Positions 40,003-53,267 of a stretch of DNA of 64,000 bases are shown here, in pieces. The stretch covers positions 43,718 to 107,717 of the forward strand of contig NIVC01003277.1 in the NCBI GenBank assembly GCA_002269645.1. The letters run 5' to 3'. The translations under genes and the position numbers were made by a program. The number at the start of each line of letters is the position of its first letter. The stretch's first letter is position 1. The notes under the pieces are model-generated. The model was not told the DNA's origin, did not search any database, and saw only the letters and a program-made list of their open reading frames with translations. This DNA comes from Macrostomum lignano. Taxonomy: Eukaryota.

Positions 40003-41487
40003 ATGTCTTCTGAAGCTGCCAGCGAGAGCCAGCCGCTGATCGGAGAGCCGTCCGTGCCAGAAGCAGCAGCCCCAGCTCCCATGAGCTTCCGGTTGAAGCA
40101 GACGGCATTTCTGCTGCTACTAATTAAGCTATGCAGCAACACCTACGAGTACCAGATGATGGCCTACAGCGCTGAGCTGCAGGCGAACTCCAGCGAGACT
40201 GGGAACTGCAGGTACAGCAGGCAGCCGCAGAACTGCTTGTCCAGCCTGGCCTGCAAAGCCTCGGCTGCTGCGGCCTACGCGATGCCAACCCTGGGCGGCG
40301 TTCTGTGCGACGTCCTGCTCGACTGCCTGCCCACTCTCTGGCTGGGCACGGGGGTCCACGCGGCCGGCTCCATCCTGCTTACCGCCATGGACCGTTTGAA
40401 TATCCTCTGCCACCTGCCCATCTACCTGCTTACCTGGTCGGCCGTGCTGCTCCATCTCAGCATCAACGATGCCACGATAATTCACGCTCTGCTGCGGCTG
40501 TCCAACCACAGCAGGAACCGGCAAGTGCTTGTCTGTCTGTACTTTGCTGCGGCAGCCGCTGGGGAGACATTGGGAACCGTGCCCTCACTGCTCCGTCAAG
40601 AGCAGAGTGACAGCTTTGAGATTATTTGCTTGGTCTTCGGGATGGCGCACCTGGTCTGCATGTCGCAGCTGGCCATCTCAGCGCCGCGGACTGCAAGAAT
40701 TCGCTTTGAGATGCCTCGACTAAGACAGCTGCGCAGGTTCTACCTGATCACGGCCGGCACGGTTCTCCCACTGGCCTGCTTGGTGCTGAGCAGGCTGTCG
40801 CTCTACTGGCACCAGATCCAATACTTCACCCGTGCTAGCGGAGACCAGGCGATCCTGGCCTACTACGTGCCCTTCTCCGGGTACCAGACGGCCATGATTT
40901 TGTTCAGCCTGGTTGGCGCAGCCGCTGTGGGGAGGTCCGCCGTCCCCGCCTGGTTCGATCGCATCATTCGCATCCGCGCTGGTCTCGGGCTGGCCGCGGC
41001 CAACGAGCTGCTGCTGATGCTGCTGAGCCTGCTGGACCATCACGGCGTCATCAGCATGGCGAGCTGGACGCCTCTGTCAATCTGGTCCGCCTACTTTGCG
41101 GTGTCATTCCTGGACGGTGCGGCCAACGCGCTCGCCATTCTGACCATCTACGAGGTTGCGTACAGCATCGCCAACAAGAGCGCCAAGGCTACGATGGTGG
41201 GCGTTTTCTACACATTGTGGGGTCTCGCCGTGCTGCTCGGCTCATCCGTGCTCAGCTTTTTACAATCTGTTGGAGCTGTGGTCCTGGACGATGCAGACGG
41301 CAGTCACGGACAGAAGCCGATGGTTCACAATGCCTATGCAGTGATGATAGCTCTGCAGCTGATTGCCATTGTTTACTGGGAGAAAATTTCCTGGCCGCTT
41401 GCTTCGGTAATGCTGCCTTCGGACGCCGAGCTTGACGAGCAGTTCCGCGAGATTCACGAGGAGTCGCTGACCAGTGCCGATGAATGA
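40003..41487 (+). CDS. Intronless 494-aa MFS transporter, divergent SLC15/POT (PHT-like)
   Basis: Many hydrophobic helices; AYAMPTLGGVLCD (helix 2 motif), TLWLGTGVHAAGSILL, and YEVAYSIANKSAKATMVGVFY (SLC15 helix 10-11-like motif); N-terminal ESQPLI dileucine signal. Confidence 0.75.
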   Translation: MSSEAASESQPLIGEPSVPEAAAPAPMSFRLKQTAFLLLLIKLCSNTYEYQMMAYSAELQANSSETGNCRYSRQPQNCLSSLACKASAAAAYAMPTLGGVLCDVLLDCLPTLWLGTGVHAAGSILLTAMDRLNILCHLPIYLLTWSAVLLHLSINDATIIHALLRLSNHSRNRQVLVCLYFAAAAAGETLGTVPSLLRQEQSDSFEIICLVFGMAHLVCMSQLAISAPRTARIRFEMPRLRQLRRFYLITAGTVLPLACLVLSRLSLYWHQIQYFTRASGDQAILAYYVPFSGYQTAMILFSLVGAAAVGRSAVPAWFDRIIRIRAGLGLAAANELLLMLLSLLDHHGVISMASWTPLSIWSAYFAVSFLDGAANALAILTIYEVAYSIANKSAKATMVGVFYTLWGLAVLLGSSVLSFLQSVGAVVLDDADGSHGQKPMVHNAYAVMIALQLIAIVYWEKISWPLASVMLPSDAELDEQFREIHEESLTSADE

Positions 41488-41596
41488 GATCAGAGGCTCT
41501 TCGAGTAATTAGCAGGGGCGAAAGTATGGCATACACAGCCCGTATTTACAATATATATGCAGCGTAAAATGTACTCGTACACGTAATCACGTAGTT

Positions 41597-41860
41597 GGAG
41601 TTGTAGTCTATTTGTTAGAGCGTCAGACTCACGACTTAAAGGTCGGGGGTTCGATTCCCGATCCCACTGGAACAATTTGTTTCCTTGAGGAAGACACTTA
41701 GCTCAGCACTGCTTCAGCTCACCCAGTTTAATTGAGAGCCCCCCCTAGTCCTTGGACTGAACAGCCGTACGCAGCCTTCAGATGCGCCGCGCAATAGCTG
41801 CGGCTGAGCTGTCGGTTGCACATCTGGCCCAATCCGGGCAGGTGTTATCTATTATTATTA
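41597..41860 (+). mobile_element. Second copy of the tRNA-Val-like CORE-type SINE
   Basis: CTCACGA loop; B-box GGTTCGATTCC; shared GATCCCACT..GGAACAATTTGT.TCCTTGA and 3' GGTTGCACATCTGGCCCAA; (ATT)n tail. Confidence 0.8.
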
Positions 41861-42639
41861 TTATTTATGTAAAGATACACACAGGTACTGTGTCACTTCC
41901 ATATTTCCTGAGCTCCTTTGACTCGAGGACACCAGCAAAAAAAGTCTGCTCGAGTGTTAAACAAAGATTTTTATTTTCGCTTTATCGCAATAATTCATAG
42001 ACGCACTGCCAGGCTCTATGTAGCCGGTAGCCAACTGTAGAAATTTTTTCCGAAAAAGTTTACTGCACACAACAGCTAGCTACAGAAAGCAACATGTTAA
42101 TTTCGCACTCAGTTCTGCATCGAGATAGCTCGTATTTAACGATTCCATATATAGCGAAGACAGCTTATGCAACATGTCATGTCCGAATTCAGCTGTGCCC
42201 TGAATTGTCACGCGGTACCTTTCGGTTTTTGCTGTTACTAAAAAAATTACCCATGAAAGAAGCTTTACGTAACTGTAGGTTTGGGTGGACTCACAAAACA
42301 ACAAAACAACAAAACAACAAAACACTGCTCAAAGTACTAAAACTCATGCTCCACTCCTCTGCCAGCTAGTTGCACATTAAACGATGGTTGCGCGTAAGCC
42401 TCAAGAATTTCAAGCTTTTGATCAACCTTGCTTCCATCTACCATCTACCTAAGCATGTGTCTATGTTACCTATACATAACATGTCAACCTATACTACTTC
42501 ATGCAAATAGTAGGAAACGCGTTTATGTTTTAGAGGCAAAACTAGCAATCTACGCCCCCCGTTGGGGAGCCAAAGAAATGCAATACACGTTTTTTTAATA
42601 AACTACATGTATCCTTGAAATCTTAAAAAATCTCCTGTC

Positions 42640-43620
42640 AAACCTTGTAAACCTTGACATGTCAGTAATTCCCCCCCCACAAGCTTTAACATATCAACTT
42701 CCCCCCTTGACATCTCAGCAATGCCCCAAATAAGCCTTGGAAATCTAAAAATATCTGTCAACCTTCTAACCCTAACCCTAGCCTAACCCTAACCCTAACC
42801 CTAACCCTAACCCTAACCTAACCCTAAAGCATTGAAATTTCAGTAATTCTCTCTAAGAGTCATTATAGCACTACTACAGCATTATAGCGATTCCCTGCAA
42901 GCCTCGACATCGTAGAGATTCCCAAATGAATCTCTTAACTTCGACATGAAGCTTATTTTATTTTTTACATTACGCTTTTTTTATCAGCGATCCCTCCCCA
43001 GAGGAGGCATCAAATAATGTAATAAAAAGTTTTCAATAAACTACATGTAGCTTCTGACTTTAGCCTTGAAATCTCATTTATACCCCCGTGAACCTTGACA
43101 TCTCAGATATTCCCCCGTAAGTCTTAACATGTCAGCGATGGCCCCCATAAACCTTGAAATCTAAAAAATCCCCTGTTATTCTGTTAACCTTGAAACCCGA
43201 TAAAATATAACCCTCAACCCACACCTGACCTAAACCTAACTTTAACCCAACCTAAAGCCTTGAAATCTCAGCAATTCTTCTCCCCTAAGCCTTGACATTT
43301 TAGTGATTCCTTCTTTAAGAATCACAGCACTATAACGATTTCCACCAAGCTTTGACATCGTAGCAATTCCCAAATGAATCTTTTAACTTCGACATGACTT
43401 TTCTTTTATGTATACGTAGTGCTACTTTTATTTTTTACATGACTCTTCTTCTATCAGCGCCCCCCCCGTGGCGAGCCAACAAATAATGCAATAAAAAAAT
43501 TGAGTAAAGTACATGAACTTTGAAGTAGCTTCTGACTTTTGCTTTGACATCTCAGAACCCCCCCCGTAATCTCAGTTATTCTCTGAGAGCCTTTACGTCT
43601 CAGTTTTTCTCCCCAGCACA
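42640..43620. repeat. Degenerate array of about 32-bp AGCCTTGACATCTCAGCAATTCCCC-like units with embedded CCCTAA blocks
   Basis: Same unit family as 50200-52260. Confidence 0.65.
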
Positions 43621-43739
43621 GCATTATAGCTGCATTTAATTTTTACATGACACCCTTCATGTCTGACATGACGCTTCTTTTATTCTACCATGATGCTTCT
43701 TAATTTTTTAAATGACACTTTCATTAGTTTTTAAATGAG

Positions 43740-44150
43740 GCTCCTATGATTTTTTCATGACGCTTCTATGATTTTTACATGACGCTTCTATGATTGTTTA
43801 AATGACGCTTCTATGATTGTTTACATGACGCTTCTATGATTTTTTACATGACGCTTCTATGATTGTTTACATGACGCTTCTATGATTGTTTACATGACGC
43901 TTCTATGATTTTTATATGACGCTTCTATGATTGTTTACATGACGCTTCTATGATTGTTTACATGACGCTTCTATGATTGTTTAAATGACGCTTCTATGAT
44001 TGTTTACATGACGCTTCTATGATTTTTTACATGACGCTTCTATGATTGTTTACATGACGCTTCTATGATTTTTTACATGACGCTTCTATGATTGTTTACA
44101 TGACGCTTCTATGATTTTTTACATGACGCTTCTATGATTTTTACATGACG
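43740..44150. repeat. 22-23-bp tandem repeat ACATGACGCTTCTATGATTGTTT
   Basis: About 18 copies. Confidence 0.95.
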
Positions 44151-44379
44151 ATTCTTTTTAAAAAGTCTTTTAGTTTTCCTGACGTTGAAAAGCTTTAATT
44201 AAAAAATTATACTCTATGAAAATTCGAACCATCGTCGCTGCATTTAACAGTTCAGTTTGTTCACCTCTAGGCTAGCTCTCATCGTTTTGATAACATCAAA
44301 TTTTGCACTTATATAATTCAACACTTTAAAATCCAAGCATAGAGTAAATCACACGAAGCAGTTATGACATAATCAGTTT

Positions 44380-47300
44380 CTCAGTCAGTCAGTATCAGTT
44401 AACAATATGGTTACGCAATCTAAATCAAGTCTGGTGCTACGCTTCCACACTGCATTTTCAATTCAAGTCGGAGTTACAATTCAGTTATGATGCAATCTAT
44501 TTCAGAATCAGAATTCAACCAGTCAGTTTTTTCTCTAGCATTCTTACAATGCATTTCAAGTCGAAAAGTTTGCTTGACCTTTGCAAAAAAGCATGTTTTT
44601 CGAATATTTAATGCCTTTAGCATCAAGAAATTTCTTAGCCACGATGCATGTACAGTCACGGGAAAATTTCTGATCGAACAGTGCAAGTTCGAACAAAATC
44701 GGTACAGCCATTTTTTCTCTAATCGATCACATAGACACAGACAGACCATTTTTAGTATATACGAGGCCAACTCCTCCTCTGGAGGAGAAAGGGGAAGAAT
44801 TCCCATCACCGATACTCCATTCCCTGAAATGCCATTCCCTGAATCCCATCATCCAACTCCTCTCCGCGAAACTGAATATCATCGAAATCTTCTCCGTAAA
44901 AGAGAACTCCATCAAACACCTCTCCGTGAAACTGACATTCATAAAAATCCCATCCGAGAAATAGAAATCCTCTCCGTGAAACTGGACTCCATGGAAATCC
45001 TCTCCGTGAAACTGACATCCATCAAAATCGTCTCCGCGAAACAGAAATTCTCTCCATTAAACTGGACTGAATCGAAATTTTCTCCGTAAAAAAGAATCAA
45101 CTCTCAGGATTTAGTGGTTAGGGTTAGGGTTAGGGTTAGGGTTAGAGCTACAACGCAGCAGCGTGTTGAACCAATTGAATTAATTGAATGCGCAACCGAT
45201 TTCACAGTCAGTCAGTATCAGTCTCGGTAAAAGTTAACAAAAAGATTGCGCAAACTAAATCAACCCTCCAATACACAGCGACTGACCCCCTTCCAATACG
45301 CAGTGGCAATTAAAAGTTGAACCCCCCCCTCTCACCAACTGTTGGGGGGTTGGTCGAACCCCCATTGAACTCCAAAATGAGTACACTGCCGAAAGTTAAA
45401 AGTATGGAAATCGTTTTTTAAATGCTGTGCTTTTTGTTTTCACATTTAAAGCAAACAACTTATATCCCCGAACTCAGTATTGCAAGATCTTTCCAGTAAT
45501 ATAAGTCTCTCCTCTGAAAGTTTAAAACTCGAGGAACAGTTAGCGCTTGAAATTTCCTGATTTAAAGCATTAAAGTATCGAGTGTACATTCACAGCCTGC
45601 TAAAGAGGCTCGCAAGTTTATTCATTAAATTTTACTGCCCAGCAAATACACATGGCTGCCTATTGAATACCGCCGATAATAAAACCAATTAAATCTCGAC
45701 ACAGTCCTAGCTATCTCCTTACACTGTACAACTGCTATGTACACTCAGCCCAAGCCCAACCCCCTCCCATTCCGGGGAATCGTTAAATTTAATTGAATCC
45801 CCCAACACGCGGGGGGGGGGGTTATTTGCATTGAACGCGGAACACGCGCACCCACCACCCCTCAATACACAGCGGCCCGCGGGCGGAGGTTGGGGTGGCT
45901 ATTTTTACAAACTGGCTGCAGCCCCAGGCAGAGTGGCCAAAGAAGGTTATTGAGGGTTAAAAAAACAGTTTTCTGCTTTTTTAGGGATCTTAAAATGTAA
46001 AAATGAAAGATTAAAATAGCTATAAACCCAATCCGGAAAATTTGCAGTTTTCCCATATAAGTTTCAACGCTGACTTGCCAGTAGTTTAGGAGAAAAATTG
46101 CAACACACAAACAAACATCGCACCACTTTTAGTATTAAGAGATAAATCAACCCTCCAGTACACAGAGACCGACCCCTTTTCAATACGCAGTGGCAGTTAG
46201 AAATTGAACCCCCAACTGTTGGGGGCATTGAACTAAAAATGAGTACAATCTTTGCAAAAAGCTAAAAGTATGGAAATAGTTTTTTTATGCTGTGCTTTTA
46301 GTCTTTATATTTAAAGCAAACAATTTATATCCTTGAACTCAGCGTTGCAAGATCTTTTCAGCAGTATAAGTCTCTTCTCCTAAAGTTTAGAACTCGAAGA
46401 GCAGTTAGCATTTGAAAGTTCCCGTTTTAAAGCATTGAAATATCGAGTGTACGTTCACTGCCTGCCAAAGAGGCTCGCAAGTTTATTCATTAATTACACC
46501 GGCCGGCTATTACACAGGGCAGCCTATTGAAAGGCACAGATAATAAAACAAATTGATGGCGCAACCGATTTCACAGTCAGTCAGTATCAGTCTCAGTTAA
46601 AGTTAACAAAAACATTGCGCAATCTAAATCAACCCTCCAATACACAGCAGCTGTGAGAAGTTAAACCCTCCCCCAACTTTATCTATTACGTCTCGCAAAA
46701 CTGAGTACAATCTTTGCAGCAAGTTAAAAGTATGGAAATCGTTTTTTAAATTATGTGCTTTTTCTTTTCATATTTAAAGCAAACAACTTATATCCCCGAA
46801 CTCAGCGTTGCAAGATCTTTCCAGCAATATAAGTTTCTCTTTTCAAAGTTTAAAACTCGAGGAACAGTTAGCGCTTGAAATTTACCGACTGCTTGCCTGA
46901 CAGACTCGCAAGTTTGTTCATTGAATTTCACTGCCCAGCTAATACACAGGGCCGATAATAAAACCAATTGAATCTCGGCACAGTTTTATCTGTTCACAAC
47001 AGCTATGTACACTCAGCCCAAGCCCAACCCCCGTTCCGGGGAATCATTAAATTTAACCCAACCCCCCGACACGCGGGGGTTTTATTTGCATTGAACCCAG
47101 AACACGCGCACCCACCACCCCTCAATACACAGCGGCCCGCGGGCGGAGGTTGGGGTGGCTATTTTTACAAACTGGCTGAAGCCCCAGGCAGAGTGGCAAC
47201 AGAAGGTTATTGGGGTCAAAAAGGCAGTTTTCTGCTTTTTTGAGGATCTTAGAAATTAAAATTTCAGAATTAAAATAGCCTATAGCCGACCTCGGATAAT

Positions 47301-49735
47301 TTCCAATCTTCCCATATAAGTTTCAACGCTGAGTTGGCACTATTCAAGGAGGAGTTGTCGAAATGACAGACAGACACACAGACAGACAGACAAACAACGC
47401 GTCAACTTTAGTATATACGAGTGGAACTCCTCCTTCGGAGGAGAAAGGGGAAGAACTCCCATCACCGGAATTCCATTCCCTGAAATATCCATCAACTGAA
47501 ATTCCATGTCTTGAACCCTATCTTCCAAATCGTCTCCAAATTCTTTAGAAAACCTTTCAAAGACCATAGCTCAAAGACTCTCACGTCTCTCATATCTACT
47601 CTCTCCACTCTGTGCTATTATCGTGACTCTCTTCTCTCTCCTCTCTCTCATCTCATCTCTACCCGTACTCCCTTATTTATGTTTTCTCCCTCGTCTTTCG
47701 TCTGTACCCTCTCCTGTCTCTTGTCTCCTCTCTTCTCTCATATCTCTCCTCTTCACTTCTGTCTCCTGTCTTCTCTCTTCTCTCTTATCTCTCCCTCTTC
47801 TCTCCTCTTTTATATGTCATCCCTATTCACTTATCTATCGTCTCTCTTAACCCTCTCTCTCTTCTCTTTTCTTTCCTCTCTGCTCTCATTTCTCATATCT
47901 CATATACGCTCTCACACTCCACTTACTTGTCTCCAATCTTTCTTTCCTCCTTTCCACTTTTCCCTGTCTCTTCTCTTCTCTCTTTTCTATCCTCTCCATT
48001 CTCTCTTTTCTCCTCCCTTGCTCCTTTTATCTTCTCCCCTCTCTTCTCTAATCTCTTCTCTCTTCTCTCTTATGTTCTCACTCATCTCTTATCATCGCAT
48101 CTCTCATCTCTCCTCTCCTCACTACTTTCCTCTCTTAACTCTCTTATCTATTTCATCTCTCTCCTCTCTCCTCTTTCTCTTCTCCTCTCGCTTCTTCTCT
48201 CGCTTCTCTCTCCTATCTCTCCTCTCATCTCTACTACCGTATTTATATCTTCTAACTGGTCCTTCGTCTCTACTCTCTCCTTTCTCCTTTCTCCCCTCTT
48301 TTCTCCTTTCTTGTCTCTCCTGTCTCCCCTCCTCTCTCATCCCTCATCCCCTCATCTCACTCTTTCTTTCTCCTCTACTCTCCCCTCTCTTCTATTTTCT
48401 CTGTACGCTCTTATCCCTAATCTATTTTCTCTCCTCTCTCCTCTTTTCTTCTCTCTCCCTCTTCGTTCCCGCCTAAATCCCCTCTTCTCTCTAATCTGTC
48501 ATGTCTAATATCTCCACTTATTTCTACTCTGTTTTCTATCATCTCATCTCTCTTCTGCTTTCATTCTTCTCTTTACTCTTTTCTCTGACTGATTGAAGAT
48601 GCCAAATCCATCAAGATCCTCTCCGCGAAGCAGAAATCCTGTCCGTGCAACTGAAAACCATCGAAATCCTCTCCGTGAAACTGGACTCCTTCGAAATCCT
48701 TTCCGTGAAACTGAAAACCATCGAAATTCTCTCTTTTAAACTGGACTCAATCGAAATTTTCTCCGTCAAAAAAAATAAATATCAGGATTCATTGGTTAGG
48801 GTCATTGTTAGGGTTAGGGTTAGGGTTAAAGCTACACACAGCTGCGTGTTCAAATAAAAAATTGAACCAATTGAATCAATTGATTGCGCAACCGATTTCT
48901 CAGTCAGTCAGTATCAGTCTCAGTTAAAGTTAAGAAAAACATTGCGCAATCTAAATCAACCCTCCAATACACAGCAGCAGTGAGAAGTTGAACTCTCCCC
49001 CCAACTTTATCTATTACGTCTCGCAAAACTGAGTACAATTTTTGCAGAAAGTTAAAAGTATGGAAATAGTTTTTTCAATGCTGTGCTTTTTCTTTTCATA
49101 TTTAAAGCAAACAATTTATATCCCTGAAATCAGCTTTGCAAGTTCTTTCCAGCAATATTAATTTTTTCTCTCAAAGTTAAAAACTCGAGCAACAGTTTGC
49201 GTTTGAAAGTTTCTGATTTAAAGCATTGAAATATCAATTGTACGTTCACTGCCTGCTAAAGAGGCCCGCAAGTTTATGCATTGAATTTCAAGGTTCAACA
49301 AAACACAGGGCTGCCTATTGAAAATTAGAACACAAATCTTTGCGCAATTGTCTATAAAGTCAGCCGGTGAGCCAGGGTCCGATTGTACACATGCAGCCAT
49401 TTAGAACGCCCCATCCCCCCACTGGAGAGAAAATACACTGCCAAGGTAGCAAAATTTTATGGCGCAATCACTTAAAATTCATGCAAATTTTCAGCTCCGA
49501 GCAGAAAGAGGGGACAAAAAGGATTATCAAAGGTCAAGATTCGAGTTTTCTGCTTTTTTGAGGATCTTAGAAATTAAAATTTTAGAATTAAAATAGCCTA
49601 TAGCCGACCTCGGATAATTTCCAATCTTCCCATATAAGTTTCAACGCTGAGTTGCCACTATTCAAGGAGGAGTTGTCGAAATGACAGACAGACAGACAGA
49701 CAAACAACACGTCAACTTTAGTATATATAGAGAGA
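44380..49735. repeat. Composite locally duplicated repeat region: a 0.8-0.9-kb module (TCAGTCAGTCAGTATCAGTCTC...) at about 45190, 46555 and 48885, a partial copy at 46140, and a 30-bp-subrepeat/TTAGGG module at 44760-45145 and 47420-48830
   Basis: Long near-identical blocks recognisable by eye; related sequence at 55060-55490. Confidence 0.8.
47510..48590. repeat. CT-rich low-complexity tract interrupting one copy of the 44760-type module
   Basis: The module's 5' part ends near 47510 and resumes near 48600. Confidence 0.85.
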
Positions 49736-50199
49736 GAGAGAGATAGATAGAGAGGATTTTATTTTTGCACAAGAGTAACTTTACTATAATCGTCCAAAAT
49801 ATTGATTTCCATTAATCAAAAATTACCTTTTCTCATTTTGGCAAAAATAAATTGCCATGAATCAGAACTTTCATCAGCCAAAAAAGTTTCCTTCATCAGC
49901 CCAAAACCCTTTCTAAATCAGCAAATAGTGCTGATCCTTTCAAGCACAAACTCTTAGTGCATATCGTCGCTGGCCGGGGCATATTCTTATCCGCAGCAAA
50001 TATGCAAATCACTGACGGCCTTAGACCCTCTCTTTTAATTAGCCTAAATCAAAGAATGAAACCTTTAATAAATGCGCTGGTATTTCCTATTAGCAGAAAT
50101 CAGCATTACTTGTGTGTACTATTTCAATATCTGAACTACATGAGCTACTTCAGCCGTACTACCTGACTATCTGACAATCGCCCAACAACCTTACACCCC

Positions 50200-52260
50200 T
50201 AACAATTCAGCCATCGTCCATGAGCCTTGTCATCTTAGCAATTCCCCCCAGTAAGCATTGTCATCTTAGCAATTCCCCCCAGTAAGCCTTGAAATCTCAG
50301 CAATTCCCCAAGTAAGCCTTGACAAGAATTGCTAAGAATTGCTAAGAATACTTAGCTAACAATTGCTAATACTTGCTAAGAATTGCTGAGAAGCCTCGAG
50401 ATCTCAGCAATTCCCCCAGAAAGAATTCACATCTTAGCAATTGCCGCAGTAAGCCTTGAAATCGCTGCAATTCCCCCAGTAAGCCTTAACATCTCAGCAA
50501 TTCCCCCAATAAGCCTTGACAGCTGAGGAATTCCCCCAGTAAGCCTTGAAATCTAAGCATTTCCCCAGTAAGCCTTGAAATCTCAGCATTCCCACAGAAA
50601 GCCTTCACATTTTAGCAATTCCCAGTAAGACTTGACATCTTAGCAATTCCCAGTAAGACTTGACATCTCAGCAGTTCCCCCATTAAGCATCGACATCGCA
50701 GCAATTAAACTCGAGCCTTGACATCTACGCAGTTCTCTCAGCTGAGTAAGCCTTGACATCCCAACAACCCAACTCCCCTCCCCCAAGAATTCAGCAATCC
50801 CCTTATGAGCTTTGATATCTCTGCAATTTCTTCATAAGCCTTGTCAACTCAGTGATTCCATTCATGAGCTTTGATATCTTAGCAACTCCCATCTTAGCAA
50901 GTCTTTAGTTGATGGTTAACAGAGTGGTTATTCTATGATTGAACCAAAACTGACCCTAAGCCCCTAACCCTAACCCATAAGTGAGTCTTGGCATGTTAGC
51001 AATCTCCCCCGTGAGCCTTGAGCTTCCTCATAAGCTTTGAAATCTAAATTTCACCGAAAGCCTTAAACTGTCAGCAATTCCCGAAGAGCCAAGGCATATA
51101 ACTAATTCGACCCTTTAATCTTTGAAATTCCTTGATGAATCATTTATGATTGACACGACGATCGCTCTAGAATTAAACTCAAATCCTAACCCTTAACCTG
51201 CAGCCGAGTCACAGCATTTCAGCAACTCCCCCTCTCAGCCCAAGAATTTCAGCAATTCCCCAATGAGCTTTTGAAATCTTAGCAATTTTCCCATGAGCAT
51301 GAAACTTTAGCGACTAACCTTTTGATATCTTGGCACTTTCACATGAGTCTTATGGTTGAAAACTAACCCTGCCAAGTCACAGCATTTCAGCAATTCTCAC
51401 CGTAAACCACAGCATTTCAACAAATACCCAATGAACCTTGACATTTCGTGAATTTCAGCTATTCGCTTTAGGAGCCTTTGAAATCTCAGTCATTCCCCGT
51501 GAACCTTAGTATCTCAGCAATACCCAAGAGTCACAGCCTACAGCATTACAGGGATCCCCCGTGAGCTTTGAAATCTTAGCTATTCCCCAATGAGCCTTGA
51601 TATCTCAGCAACTCCTATTTGAGCCACAAAATTTCGGCATTATGAGCAGGTACTGCAATCACAACAATCCCCCTGAGCATTGAGCCACATTATAATTCGG
51701 ATATCCCCCACGAGCCTTTAAAACTTAGCAATTCCCCAATGAGTATTTAATGTTAGACAGGCCTATTCATTTATATGGTTTACGTCTTACTCTTACCCTA
51801 ACAATGTCGGCAATTCCCTCAAGAGCCACAGCATTCCAGAAATTATTTCCATGAGCCTTGACAGCAAATAATTTTAATGAGCCTTGATACCTCAGAAATT
51901 TCTCAAATGGAATTTGAAATCAAAGCAATTCTGCCCAGAATCACATCAGTATAGGAATTTCCCTCTGAGACTTGACAAGACATCTCAGAATTTCTCTCAT
52001 GGGCCTTGATCTGGCCCATGGCCCAGTAAGCCTTGAAATCTCAATAATTCCCCAGTAAGCCTTGACATCTCAGAAATTCCCTCATTAAGATCGACATCGC
52101 AGCAATTGAACTTAAGCTTTGAAATCAAAGCAATTCTCCCCAGAATCACACACATCATTATAGCAATTACCATTGAGCCTTGAGATCTTAGAAATTCTCC
52201 CATCAGTCTTGATATCACAGAAATTTTCCATACCAGCCTTGACATCTTAGCAATTCACAT
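50200..52260. repeat. Degenerate tandem array of about 32-bp units (AGTAAGCCTTGACATCTCAGCAATTCCCCC)
   Basis: Recurring GCCTTGA(C/A)ATCT(C/T)AGCAATTCCC core. Confidence 0.8.
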
Positions 52261-52377
52261 TGAGTATTTTATTCTCGACAGACCGCTTCTTTTATGGTTG
52301 ACATAATGATTCTTTTGTCGCTTTTTCTTGTGTTGAGTTTTCTTCTGTTTAAAGTAGCATTTATTAAAAACTTACAG

Positions 52378-52480
52378 TGGTTTACCATCACTTTAGCAAT
52401 GGTTTACCATCACTTTAGCGATGGTTCACCAGCAATTTAGCAATGGTTCACCAGCAGTTTAGCAATGGTTCACCGGCACT
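52378..52480. repeat. 21-bp tandem repeat TGGTTTACCATCACTTTAGCAA
   Basis: About 5 copies. Confidence 0.85.
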
Positions 52481-53267
52481 GTTCCGCAAAATCTGGGAGC
52501 AGATGGCTACTGATCTCCATATGCTTCTCAATAATCGAAGCCATTTGAAATGTTTGCAACTTGCAGTTTAAATTTGATTTGCAATTCTCTTACATATTTA
52601 TTAATTCATTGTACGTCAGATTAGCACTGCTCACCCAGATTAGACCCTTTGCAAATTAGCACTTACAGCAGATTAGCACTGCTCTAGAAGACTAACGCAG
52701 CCCCAGCAAAAGTATCTTTAAATTTAAGTGTTTACCATCTCCATGAATCTGCATAGGATGCAATCATTATTGTCACAGGTCACAAAGATAAATTCGCTGC
52801 TTCAATGCAGGCTCGAACTGCTGACATCAAAGCATTCTGTTTGCTTCTGCTTGATACTGCCTGCCTACTGCGGCTATTGTGCCTATTGACATGTGTTTAG
52901 CAACTTCAGCCGTTTGAAGTTAACCCCCGGAAATCGGCATTTATCCCCACAACAACCTGAAATTATCCCTTCATCTAATCCCGCAAAAAGACTGCAGTTA
53001 TTTCTTAGCAGCCGGCATTTATCATCCACTTTGCATTTTAAAACTTTTATTAAAATTAAGAATGCATACCCTCAGCGGCATAGAATTGTCCCCTTAGCCA
53101 AAAATATTTCACTTAGCAGCCGCAGAAATTCCCTAAACAACTTGTACTTAATCTTCCACAGTAAATATCCACTCAAAACTCAATAGTTAGTTATAAGCCT
53201 CAGAAGTCTGCCATTATCCTCTAATTAGTCCGCAGTTTTCCCTCTCAGCAGTCTGCAGCTATACGCT

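Noticed and set aside
44215-44282. tRNA-like sequence on the minus strand (TAGCCTAGAGGT ... GGTTCGAAT)
   Set aside because: Only box-like motifs with no foldable cloverleaf; probably a decayed SINE head, too weak to annotate.
44487-45089. 200-aa ORF
   Set aside because: Spans the junction of non-coding repeat modules; its 3' half is a 30-bp subrepeat translation; related copies at 55096 and 48645 do not preserve the frame.
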